From Macrostomum hystrix (Eukaryota; Animalia; Platyhelminthes): a stretch of DNA of 64,000 nt. Each line of letters starts with the position of its first letter. The first letter of the stretch is position 1. This document shows, piece by piece, positions 26,587 to 37,693 of this stretch. The notes under the pieces are model-generated. The model ran no database searches. It had not been told where the DNA came from and saw nothing but the letters and a program-made list of their open reading frames with translations. The stretch is taken from positions 2,604,001 through 2,668,000 of the forward strand of contig CATNEN010000038.1 in assembly GCA_950097015.1 (NCBI GenBank). Reading direction: 5' to 3'. A program made the position numbers and the translations under genes.

Positions 26587-26744
26587 CACCAGTGCTTCTC
26601 AACTACTTGCTCTCAGATGAACATGATAAAGATTACAGCAGCCAGTTGTTTTCTGAAATATTTTATGCGAGCTGGAGGAGCTCATTTGCCAGCCAAATCC
26701 CAGGATTAAAAATGAATTGGGAACCTTTCTAAAATCAATTTCTA

Positions 26745-26972
26745 TAGGTCGGGAGTTCGATTCGCGACTCCACTGGAACAATTTGTGTCCTTTAGCAAGA
26801 CACTTAACTCTACATTGCTTCAGTTCACCCAGCTGTTAACTGGGTACGGGCATCAGCTGGGGTAAGTGAGGGTGGGTGTGGCGTCCCCCAGTCCATGGAC
26901 TGAACAGGTGTACGCAGTCTTCAGATGCGCTGCGCAATAGATGCGGCTGTGCTGTCGGCTGCGTATCTGATT
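26745..26972 (+). mobile_element. tRNA-derived CORE-like SINE (family B) downstream of the dynein stop
   Basis: B-box-like GGGAGTTCGATTC; CORE-like TGTGTCCTTTAGCAAGACACTTAACTCTACATTGCTTCAGTTCACCCAGCTGTTAACTGGG; homolog at 58045-58250. Confidence 0.7.
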
Positions 26973-27004
26973 CAATTGTGAAGAAACCAGCTGACAGAAA
27001 GCCA

Positions 27005-27109
27005 CAGTAGCCACAGAAATATAATCTGCTGGTTGTGTGTATGTGCGACCAGCTGATACCAGCCGAGCAAACAACATTTATAGTCTAGATTATATTTCTG
27101 TGGCTACTG
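27005..27109. mobile_element. 105-bp Tc1/mariner-type MITE (perfect 23-bp TIR)
   Basis: CAGTAGCCACAGAAATATAATCT (27005-27027) is the reverse complement of 27087-27109; flanks CA / TA. Confidence 0.65.
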
Positions 27110-27469
27110 TACTGATATGTCATTGTGTCATCCTTTCTATTTTCTTGGCTTTCTTGACTTTCATTTGGCTAAAAGCTTTGATCGCGTAAAATTATTTGCT
27201 TAAACAATGGCTATTTTTAAAATGTTATGACTTATTAATTGTCATTTTACCATGATAAATAAAATGCTGACAATGCGACATAGTTAAAAGTGCCTTTTAA
27301 AATTCTTTCTGTGCGTACTTTAGCACAGACAATAAGTAACAATATGTATGTTGGATTCCTATTTGAATGGGTCCTTTTGAGCGACTTTTTGACTGTTTTG
27401 ACTGTCGCTTTTAACTAAGCTGCAAAATGTTTTCAGTGAGTTCATTTTAATTTTATCTAGAGCTGAACT

Positions 27470-28555
27470 TTCGGTTCTCCCGTCACTTTTACGCCATTTC
27501 GATCGTCCCGTCACTTCGACGCCATTTCGGTCCTCCCGTCACTTCTTCGCCATTTCGGTCCTCCCGTCACCTCTTCGCCAATTCGATCCTCCCGTCACCT
27601 CTTCGCCATTTCGATCCTCCCGTCACCTCTTCGCCATTTCGGTCCTCCCGTCACCTCTTCGCCATTTCGATCCTCCCGTCACCTCTTCGCCATTTCGGTC
27701 CTCCCGTCACCTCTTCGCCATTTCGATCCTCCCGTCACATCAACGCCATTTCGATCCTCCCGTCACTTCTTCGCCATTTCGATCCTCCCGTCACTTCTAC
27801 GCCATTTCGATCCTCCCGTCACATCAACGCCATTTCGATCCTCCCGTCACTTCTTCGCCATTTCAATCCTCCCGTCACTTCGACGCCATTTCGATCCTCC
27901 CGTCACTTCGACGCCATTTCGATCCTCCCGTCACTTCTTCGCCATTTCGGTCCTCCCGTCACTTCTGCGCCATTTCGGTCCTCCCGTCACTTCGACGCCA
28001 TTTCGATCCTCCCGTCACTTCTTCGCCATTTCGATCCTCCCGTCACTTCTTCGCCATTTCGGTCCTCCCGTCACTTCTGCGCCATTTCGGTCCTCCCGTC
28101 ACTTCGACGCCATTTCGATCCTCCCGTCACTTCGACGCCATTTCGATCCTCCCGTCACTTCGACGCCATTTCGATCCTCCCGTCACTTCGACGCCATTTC
28201 GATCCTCCCGTCACTTCGACGCCATTTCGATCCTCCCGTCACTTCGACGCCATTTCGATCCTCCCGTCACTTCGACGCCATTTCGATCCTCCCGTCACTT
28301 CGACGCTATTTCGGTCCTCCCGTCACTTCGACGCCATTTCGGTCCTCCCGTCACTTCTGCGCCATTTCGGTCCTCCCGTCCCTTCTGCGCCATTTCGGTC
28401 CTCCTGTCACTTCTGCGCCATTTCGATCCTCCCGTCACTTCGACGCCATTTCGATCCTCCCGTCACTTCGACGCCATTTCGATCCTCCCGTCACTTCTGC
28501 GCCATTTCGGTCTTCCAGCCATTTCTGTCCTCCTGCCATTTCTACGCCATTTCGA
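27470..28555. repeat. 28-bp minisatellite (GCCATTTCGATCCTCCCGTCACTTCGAC)n
   Basis: ~38 contiguous units with no unique spacers. Confidence 0.95.
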
Positions 28556-29069
28556 TTCTCTAAAATTCCTGCCTCTATTTTTATTCCGCCCCTTGATACT
28601 TCTGCAAGTTTTGATACTCCAAAATTTTCCGACATTCTGATGGGATAATTTAGTAAATATTCTGAATAAGCTACACAGCACATCCATTGCTTAGGAGAAA
28701 AATAAATTTTCTGCTCTTTTTTACAAAATAATTGCTTCTACGATAATCGTTTTAGGCTATCACCAGTCAATTAGTTTTGACACTGGATTATACGGATTGC
28801 AGAGCATGGGCTGTCATAATTCAACAAACGTTTTTTTACTCGTCTAAAATGGAAAACGGAATATCCGCACAGCCTCATGCAGTCAGGTAGCTGTTTTGTT
28901 TTTCTATTCAACGCCCCCGCTAAAAGAGCTGCCTGTTTTAGAACTAAATTGTTTTCTCGTTGCCAGCTGCAGTTATGGCACTATAGTCCGTCATTTTTCC
29001 GGATAAAAGCAGAATGAAAAACTGAAGCTACTCTTGTTTGGCTAGTTTGCATTGTTTAATATAACAAAC

Positions 29070-32000
29070 ATGGGCTTTCTAAGAGTAATTCTGTTCTTCT
29101 TCAGGACTGCAGGTAAATGCATATAAGCTGCCGAGACTTTTACTGCTAACTTTATGTTAATAAATGAGCTCTTTAGTTATATTGGATTTCTTAATTCAAT
29201 GACTTAGGGAACAATAAGTCTATCGCAGTAAAGTTCTGGCTTCACTACTTGAAGCTACTTCACTACTCACTACTAAAATCTAGCTTGTGAAGTTTCAGGC
29301 TTGTTAAGTATCTAGCTTGTTAAGTATCTAGCTTGTTAAGTATCTAGCTTGTTAAGCTTTTAGCTTGCGAATCATCTATCGCTTGTGAAGTTTCTAGGTT
29401 GTAAGTATCTAGCAAGTAAAGTTTCTAGTTTGTGAAGTTTCTAGCTTGTGATGTTTCTAGCTTGTTAAGTTTCTAGCTTGTGAAGTTTCTAGCTTGTGAA
29501 GTTTCTAGCTTGTTAAGCTTTTAGCTTGCGAATCATCTATCGCTTGTGAAGTTTCTAGGTTGTAAGTATCTAGCAAGTAAAGTTTCTAGCTTGTGATGTT
29601 TCTAGCTTGTTAAGTATCTAGCAAGTAAAGTTTCTAGCTTGTGAAGTTTCTAGCTTGTGAAGTTTCTAGCTTGTTAAGCTTTTAGCTTGCGAATTATATA
29701 TGGCTTGTGAAGTTTCTAGGTTGTTAAGCATCTAGCAAGTAAAGTTTCTAGCTTGTTAAGTATCTAGCTTGTGAATTTTCTAGCTTTTGAAGTTTCTAGC
29801 TTTTGAAGTTTCTAGCTTGTGAAGTTTCTAGCTTTTGAAGTTTCTAGCTTGTGAAGTTTCTAGCTTGCGTATTATCTGTGAGAGATACAATTCAGACTAC
29901 TGACAACAGTAGAAATGCAAAGACTTGGCTGCAAAACTCTCACATAAAACTAAAAAAGTATCGCCATAAAAATGGCAAGGTTAAAAGAGACTTCTGTGCA
30001 CACTGAGAGTGGTGGGAGAGGACGGCGTGTGGCTATGGCTGACTGACGAAGGCAAACAAGCCAGAAACCGGTCTCGGTCTGCCAGCGCCAGGTTCGTTTC
30101 CCACTTTTAGTTTGTTACATTATCTATGGCTTGTGAAGTTTCTAGCTTGTTAAGTATCTAGCTTGTGAATTTTCTAGCTTGTGAAGTTTCTAGGTTGGTA
30201 AGTATCTAGCAAGTAAAGTTTCTAGCTTGTGAAGTTTCTAGCTTGTGAAGTTTCTAGCTTGTGAAGTTTCTAGCTTGTGAAGTTTCCAGCTTGTGAAGTT
30301 TCTAGCTTGTGAAGTTTCCAGCTTGTGAAGTTTCTAGCTTGTGAAGTTTCTAGCTTGTTAAGCTTTTAGCTTGCGAATTATCTATGGCTTGAGAAGTTAC
30401 TAGCTTGTGATATTTCTATGGCTTCTAAGGCTTGTATCTATGGCTTGTGAAGTTTTCCGCATCGCCACCGACGCACGTAAAAGAAGCTCGCTGCTTGTGC
30501 ATAGAAAAACTCGCCGTTCATTCGCTTGCATTAAAAGGCGGATTTCGAAATATCTATATTACAATATAGGTGACGTGTCACACCTTGGTGTGATAGACTG
30601 GAACAGATTATTAAAGCGGACTAATACATAAGCAACAGACAAGAAAAAAGTGGATAGAATAGAATAGCAAAAGCATCAAACCTCTGAAATTCTCAAATTG
30701 TTTATTGTTTAAGAGCAGGAGAGGTGCACGAGAGTAAAACACAGCAAGCTCACTAAATGCTGAATACACAAGCTCGAACCCATTCAATTCACAGCGCTGT
30801 TCAGCTGCGGACTTGGACAATTCACGCAGAACGGTCCGGTACTGCTAGCTGAGGACTACAGCAGCACAATGCTCAACGAGTCAACTGGGACGGCTTCTCC
30901 GAGATCTGAACTCTACTGCCTCGACCGCTGCTTGAGCCTAGGTTGCGCTCTGGTCAGTCTCAGCGCTGACAATCGTCAGTGCCAGTTTGCTGTGCTCAAC
31001 GACGCTTCCACAACGGCCGGGCCGCCGGGCACTCACGTGCGACGACTGGTGGGCGCCGAGGCCGGCTCGCGGCTGTGGCAGGCAGTAGATTTTGGCGAGC
31101 AGCTCCGCACCAAAGCCGTTGCACGAGTGTTTACCAGTGAGCTGGCACATCGTTTGGTGACACTAGAACCGCAGCCAGCGAGGATCGCAGTTCTGCCCTT
31201 TCCGCAGCACACACACACACTCACACACACACACACACACGCACGCAGATACCGTACGCAGACAGCTCAACAGGTATATCTGCCCTGACTTTCTCATCGT
31301 TAAGACCTTGAAGGTTGGCCCTCGAGGGCGTAAATTGCACGACAAGTCCCCAAGCCTTCTCTCCGCGGCTGCACCCCAAATCGAGATCAGGGACATTGGT
31401 GCGAAAATCAAATGCGTTTCTCTCTCTGCCAATGACCCTCTTGATTAGACTATAATACTTCGCGTTCGGTACATGAAGGGTAGAGAAAAGGCGCTTTCTT
31501 TTCAAGCAATGACAGGCAACCCGACCCAGCCAATCACTACCAAGAGAGAAGCCAAATCCCGGGGGGGGAGAAATGTTTCATAGATTAGATGTTCTGCAAT
31601 ACCCAGTTGCTCATTTCTTGCCCACAGTTGCATCATACTGTGATTTCGATTATCTTCACAAGACCAGCTTCGTACATAGAAGTCAATAGAAGCTCGCGTA
31701 CCCATCGCAGATAGCAGCACTGGTCGGGTTGGAAGCGTCCAGAACTACACCGTGCAGTTCACGGCCTGCTACCGTATCGAAGCCTTCGGCGCCAGGGGCG
31801 GCTCGACCAATCCCACCGATCCCGTGGGCAACGTCTCTCTGGGTGGCCTCGGCGCCAAGGTGTCTGGCAAGTTCCTGCTCACCAACGGCACCGTCTTGGC
31901 CATCGTCGTCGGTCAACGTGGAGGCGACGCTGCCGGTATGTACCGTGTGACTCCCTCTTATGGCTACCTGGAGTTTTCCGGCTCCGGGGGCGGTGGCGGC

Positions 32001-32928
32001 AGCTTTGTGTACCGCAGATCGGACAACTCGCTGCTTCTGTCTGCTGGTGGCGGTGGAGGCGCCACCAATCACTGGCGCCCGGGTAAGAAATACGAGCGTA
32101 CAGGAGCGGAATTCAGGGTAACATTGTAGACTGTGATCTAGATTTATTAGCAAATGGCTATTGGCAAAGAGTTTTAAAATGGACAAGTCACTTTGAGACA
32201 ATAATGGGCAGGGTAGCTTCTATCGGGTCACATTTTTCAAATAATTCAACGCACACTCTACAACACTGAGTGGGCAAAAAGAAGACTTTGATTTCGGCTA
32301 AGTTTTGCTGTCAAATTGCTGATGTAATTTGCCAATATATATTATAATGACCTATGACGGACGCACTATTGCAAATCACAGGATCACTTTCGTGAATAAA
32401 TTTGTTGTTGTAAGCCTTTTAAACAATGATACTAACTCTTAAGGAAATCCTGGGCAGGCGTCAAGAAATGGAACGGACACCAACGGGAAGCATGCTGAAT
32501 ATAAAGGCTTCGGCGGGGTCAACGGAAACCCAGGCCTGATCAATACCGCAGGCGCCATTGCCTACTACAAGTTCGGGGGCGCCGGCGCTGGATGGCTCGG
32601 CAAGTGCAGCGTTCTGCCCAGGACCGGTGACGACGCCGATAGCGGCGGCAGCCTAGCCGACGCCTGGCTGGGTGGACGCGGCGGTGCCACCAACAACTCG
32701 GCCGCTGTCGGCGGCTTTGGTGGAGGCGGAGGCGGCGGTGAAGCCTGCGGCGGCAGCGGCGGTGGCGGCGGTTACAGCGGCGGCGGTGCCGGCAGCGCTT
32801 GCGACCAGTCGGGCGGTGGCGGTGGCTCCTTTTGTGCTGGCGCCGGCTGCAATGCCACGACGGGTGGCAACACTCTTAGCGATCAGGGCCTTGTGGTGCT
32901 GCAAATGCTAGGCCCTAGCTGTGGCTGA
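29070..32928 (+). CDS. Secreted PAN/apple-like + ALK/LTK-type glycine-rich domain protein
   Basis: Exons 29070-29112 (MGFLRVILFFFRTA, signal-peptide-like), 30795-31136 (CLDRCLSLGC...CQF), 31711-32082 (QNYTVQFTACYRIEAFGARGG, IVVGQRGG, GGGGGSFV, LLLSAGGGGG), 32444-32928 (GGAGAGW, GGFGGGGGG, GGGGGYSGG, GGGGGSF, TGA); all introns phase 1; no TM helix or kinase. Confidence 0.82.
29877..30119 (+). mobile_element. 243-bp TG...CA element with 5-bp TSD (TTATC) carrying a hammerhead motif; solo-LTR/retrozyme-like
   Basis: Uninterrupted array motif GAATTATCTATGGC (~30375); here TTATC|TGTGAG...GTTACA|TTATC. Confidence 0.65.
30024..30089 (+). ncRNA. Type I hammerhead ribozyme-like motif
   Basis: CTGACGA (30043-49), A-GGC-AAACAA-GCC-A, GAAA, CCGGTC (predicted cleavage after 30073); stem I GGCTGA/TCGGTC plus GGCGTGTGGC/GCCAGCGCC. 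Confidence 0.72.
31208..31445 (-). mobile_element. tRNA-derived SINE (family A) with (CA)n tail, intronic
   Basis: CTGCCCTGACTTTCTCATCGT and GTAAATTGCACGACAAGTCCCCAAGCCTTCTCTCCGCGGCTGC match the 62201 copy. Confidence 0.75.
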
Positions 32929-33319
32929 GGCCTAACTATAGCGATAAGAGAGAGGGGGCAGTGAGGGACGAAAATGCTTCGGCAGTCACTGATTTTCATT
33001 CTAATGTATCGTTCGGAATGGGCGGCTGTGTAGCCTTTAATTAATGCCTTGAAGTACTGTTATTTAAGTTATTTAAGTTAAGTTAACTTATGTAGTGTCA
33101 GCTTGTTTGCCCTTCTATCTCCCCGTGTTACAGTATTATTCAATACTTATTTTTAGACACGTGTTTTTTGTTAAAAGTCACCCACGCCAAGCCGGGTCGG
33201 ACCAGCCGGGGGAACGGACGCCCACCAACCCCGCGAGCGCTACTCCTGGGCTACAGTCCCAGCCAATCAGCGAACGACCCAGCCTCACTACCTGTCGGCC
33301 CTCGGCAAGAAGCAACCCC

Positions 33320-36300
33320 GGGGCTCAGAACGGCGGTCGCAAGTCTACTGTGATTTGTCGCCTTGGCTCAAGCTACAGACATTTTTTACTTTAAGCGAAA
33401 ATTAAAACAAAAACACGAACTCTCGAACCAGAGTGTATGTCCGACTCTGACGCCGAGCTATGCTTTAAAAAATGTGCGGGACGAATTCGTCAATGATTTG
33501 CTACTGAAGAAACTTTTAAAGTGTGTTCTGCCGGCTTTTTCAGATGCGTCTTATGATCCTATTTCTGCCTCACCTAAAGGCATGGGTCAATTATTTCACC
33601 AGATACTGCTACAACTGCTTGACGCATGTCCCTGCTACACAATGACACCTCAGACACACAAATTATTCAAGTACTTTTTCAGATATTCTCATTTAAAGTG
33701 TGCTTTCTCTGCTTCTTTGCTACTTTTGACACGGCACACTGCTGGAAAGTTGTTTTGTGATTCAAGAAGTCAAAACGCGTTTTTTTAGAGTTTGGAGTTC
33801 ATTGAAAAATATTTTGGCACTATTATCAAAGCGAATTTTCGTATTGGGTATAGTAGGCAACGAATGATTAAATGTATACAAATGTTCGGACGATTTTAGG
33901 GTCATGTCATAAATACTAATCGTCAAGGGACTAGAGCCACGTACATAAGTCAATCAGGGAACAAATATTAAATGTCAAGTTGACTGCAGTCGACGCAGAC
34001 ACTTTTTTCCGTTGCAGATGCTGGCGACTCCAACAGGCATTGTGCATCCAGGGGCATTCGATCTGGCCAAAATGGGAGGTTTGCAACCGAACCTACACGT
34101 GACGTACATGTACTTTTGCAAGCACTACTTATGCAGAAAACTTACCCACTGAATGGCAGTGTGACGTTGTCACTTGTTGAAGGCGCCCCTGCAATATTAC
34201 TCTATGCGTTGATGTCATGCTTAATTTCCTAATTATGTACTAGCTTGGGCCGTTTTAACTCATCGTATAATATCATTCAATTCTGTTAATTTATATTATT
34301 AAGTCAAATTATTAGGGCGCTACTGTTAGTAACCATAAACGCATATCGCGCCATGCTAGCAATTTCCTACGCGTATCTTAATGTATTTCCCCCCGGCCAA
34401 TGAGCGTGCGAGCTCTGGCTGGCCGGAAGTATCGATCGCTATGTTTTGCAGTCTGCCTAGTTTACTTAACTGAGGGCTTTGGGCCCGCTCGCGCCTCACA
34501 CGCGCCCCCTCCATTGCGCACTTTCATTCTCACTCTCGCCCTTCTACGTTTTCATACTGTGCCATTCTCTCGCTACACTTCACTACATTCGGTTCTGTTC
34601 TTGTTTAACACTCACCATTAACGAGCTCCTACGCCTTACATAACACCCTGCTTGTCGACGTCCCAGTGCATCCAGAATAAACGTGCTACCGCTACACCAC
34701 CGACATTAAATATTGAAATCAACTCAGAATTGCTGAAAACTACACTCGCCGACGCTCTGACTTCGACTTCGTCCTTTGTGTTAAATCGTCACAGCAGCTA
34801 TCTTTCGACCAGGTGGCTCCTCTTTACCGCAGGCATGACATGTCTTCTGATCGGCACATTCGGAGAAGTTTATGATTGCCGTCTTTATTATTGTCCTCGC
34901 CACGGAAAGCTTTCGTTGAATATTAGATAGGACTGTACATGAGTCTAGAAGAAGGCTTCTACCAAACAGAGAGACGAAGACGCCTGTACACGAAGATATT
35001 CAGAGAATATCTGAAAAAGTACTTGACTAATTTGTGTGTCTGTGGTGTCATTGCGTAGCAGGGACATGCGTAAAGATGTGTGTAAAATTTGATGTCACAT
35101 GTGAGGCAGTGAATAAATTAGGACATTTTTAAATTCCCGCCACTTTTCCTCACGCGCTAGCTAAATATCGTAATCTCACGCAGAGCTCTTTGTTCGTAAT
35201 ATTCGCTCTAAAGTGGAAACATGCACCTACCCCAATTTCTTTGTATATATAGAGGAAAATATAAATGCGATCTTCAACCTGCTCCCTCGCTCCCCTCATA
35301 CCAATAACACTGGTTAAACCTACTATACGTTCTCGACGAAATATAAGCGATTAAACTTCCTAACTCTTTTCCTGTTTCGCTATAAAATAGACCGAGTTCC
35401 TTAGTTATTTTCCTAATAAAAGGAAAACAGTTAAATATACCTTTGCCTTCCAAATCCTCTCCAAAAGATCTCTCGTCGGCCTTCTTTACCCAAATCCACC
35501 CTAGCTATTATATGATCCCTTTGAAATCCCAATATACCGTCCTAAAATCCCGACCAAAAGTCCATCTGAAGTCTATCCGAAGTCCACCTAAAAATCCCTA
35601 AATACCCCCACTGAAGTCCCAAAACTCCGCCTTTATCCCTCTTGAGACTGTACTAATCTCGGACCCCATAGAGGAAAGTAAGTGAGAGTGCGAAGGACGT
35701 TCACCAGGCAACTTCAATCCATCCTGATACGCCCCACGGACAGTGCCCCAGATCAGTGACCCAAGCCCTCGTGCCAGCAACAGTAAATTCCGCTCCCATC
35801 GTTAGTAGCTAGTGTCCTGCCGCTCGGGCATTAGCGCTACCTTAGGTATAACCCGAACAGCGTGGAAAATACCTATTCTCACCCTCATAACTTACGCTAC
35901 CATTCCCCCCAAATACTCAGCTCACCAATCCCAAATCCAACAAATAGAGAGAGAGCTGAGAGGTCTGCCACATGGATCAAGTATACGGTCACAGCACTCA
36001 TTTGTTTAATGTCAATGGTATAACGAAAGACGCAAAGAAGCAGAGAGAGCACACTTTAAATGAGAATATCTGAAAAAGTACTTGAATAAGTTTTGTGTCT
36101 GAGGTGTCATTGTGTAGCAGGGACATGCGTCAAGCAGTTGTAGCAGTATCTGGTGAAATAATTGACCCATGCCTTTAGGTGAGGCAGAAATAGGATCATA
36201 AGACGCATCTGAAAAAGCCGGCAGAACACACTTTAAAAGTTCATTGTCAAAAAGTCAAATCATTGACGAATTCGTCCCGCACATTTTTTTAAAGCATAGC

Positions 36301-36741
36301 TCGGCGTCAGAGTCGGACATACACTCTGGTTCGAGAGTTCGTGTTTTTGTTTTAATTTTCGCTTAAAGTAAAAAATTGTAACACTTTCCCTCAACAGTAC
36401 GGTATTTCAAATTAGCGGAAGGGAAATCAGTTTACTTTCGGACAATACACTCGCCTCACGCGCTGTCGCTCCGAAAAACGTTACCGCTCGATGCTCGCAG
36501 TGTAATTCAGTTTAAAAAATTATTTTTGTTTACAATTTAAAACAAATGTATTGCGAATACTCGAATATTGCGAAACTATTGATAGCGCGAACTTTATCAT
36601 GTAAAAGAACTATTAAAAACATAATGATACATTAGAATCGAGCTCGCGTGAAAGCGGCAAACCTCAAAGTACTACAAAATGTCTGTAGCCTGAGCCAAGG
36701 CGACAAATCATAGTAGACTTGCGACCGCCGTTCTGAGCCCC
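33320..36741. mobile_element. Non-autonomous element with ~400-bp terminal inverted repeats (foldback-like)
   Basis: 33320-33720 is the reverse complement of 36032-36741 (minus a 300-bp insertion); ends GGGGCTCAGAAC.../...GTTCTGAGCCCC; extra partial arm copy ~35003-35070; no transposase ORF or TSD seen. Confidence 0.75.
36377..36676. mobile_element. 300-bp solo LTR
   Basis: TGTA...TACA ends, 4-bp TSD AAAT; empty site visible in the opposite TIR arm (33375-33395); ATTAAA ~60 nt before the end. Confidence 0.75.
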
Positions 36742-37074
36742 TCACTCAAGGGGCTGTCGCCTGTCGGAAAATGTCTGTCTGGGAACCCATACATTAAGGT
36801 TGCGAGGCACATGCGATCGAGTGAGTTAGCTTAAAATCCACAGTCTATAGGCCTATTATTGTCATTATGTACTTTGCTGTTATATAAATTTTAATTTTAG
36901 TATTATGCTTAAAGTTATCTTCTAACCTTGTTACCATGTATTCAAAGTTATCTGGGTGACATGCAGATAAAGCTTGAAGTCTTGACAATGCTGCACTGAG
37001 TGCTGATGTGTGGTGCTAATTAAAATTATTTGTGTACTATATAGGGCCTTTTTGACTCAGCCTACAGGTTAAAA

Positions 37075-37470
37075 ACTGCATGGCATCACGTGTTTTGTGT
37101 TGCAGGGCCCAGTATTACGTAATTTCGACAATGTTAGCCAGAGGAAGGTGTGAACCTTCAAAGAAGGATCCCTTCCGAATTGAATGTTGGTGGCGGCATT
37201 GGCGGCAGTCCCAGGCATAGCCATCCATCCAGTCATTGCCTTGACGACACTGTAAATGCATGTCAATGGCACAGCGACAGCAGGTTGCCAAGTTGGCTAG
37301 GAGGTGGTCACCTTGTCAGCCACTGGATGCAGCTTCAGGTGTACTGGGTTGCCGTCACCATATTGCAAATGGTAAAGTTGGACATCATCAGATCCAATAG
37401 CTCCGCAGAATTCCTAAGTTGAGCTGGTGGCATTATCCATGATGGTGCCGCAGGTTGACCAGCCATTATC
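37075..37470 (-). pseudogene. Merlin (IS1595/ISXO2-like) transposase N-terminal relic
   Basis: CIQWL / frameshift / HLLANLATCCRCAIDMHL...DGYAWDCRQCRHQHSIRKGSFFEGSHLPLANIVEIT*YW, with stops. Confidence 0.7.
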
Positions 37471-37693
37471 TGTATGCAGTCAAAAAGATTCTTAGGCCTA
37501 ATCACAAAAATTAGATAGAGGCTGAAAAAATGTCCCTCCCTTATATACTAAAAGCTCACTCAGCCACGTCAGCTTCATTCTATTGCAGTTGCCACATCAT
37601 ATTAAACATCTCTGTGGATGCGCGAATTCAAATCCATTTGAAAAATAATATCGCAAAGGAAACCTCCACATTTCCAAAAACTTTAGTGTGCTA

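Larger units (their letters stand above)
29278..30455. repeat. 16-bp minisatellite (TAGCTTGTGAAGTTTC)n interrupted by a 243-bp insertion
   Basis: Tandem units on both sides of 29877-30119. Confidence 0.9.

Noticed and set aside
27470-28555. CRISPR-like appearance of 28-41-bp repeat arrays (also 45890, 51030, 52427)
   Set aside because: Contiguous units with no unique spacers, no cas genes, eukaryotic context.
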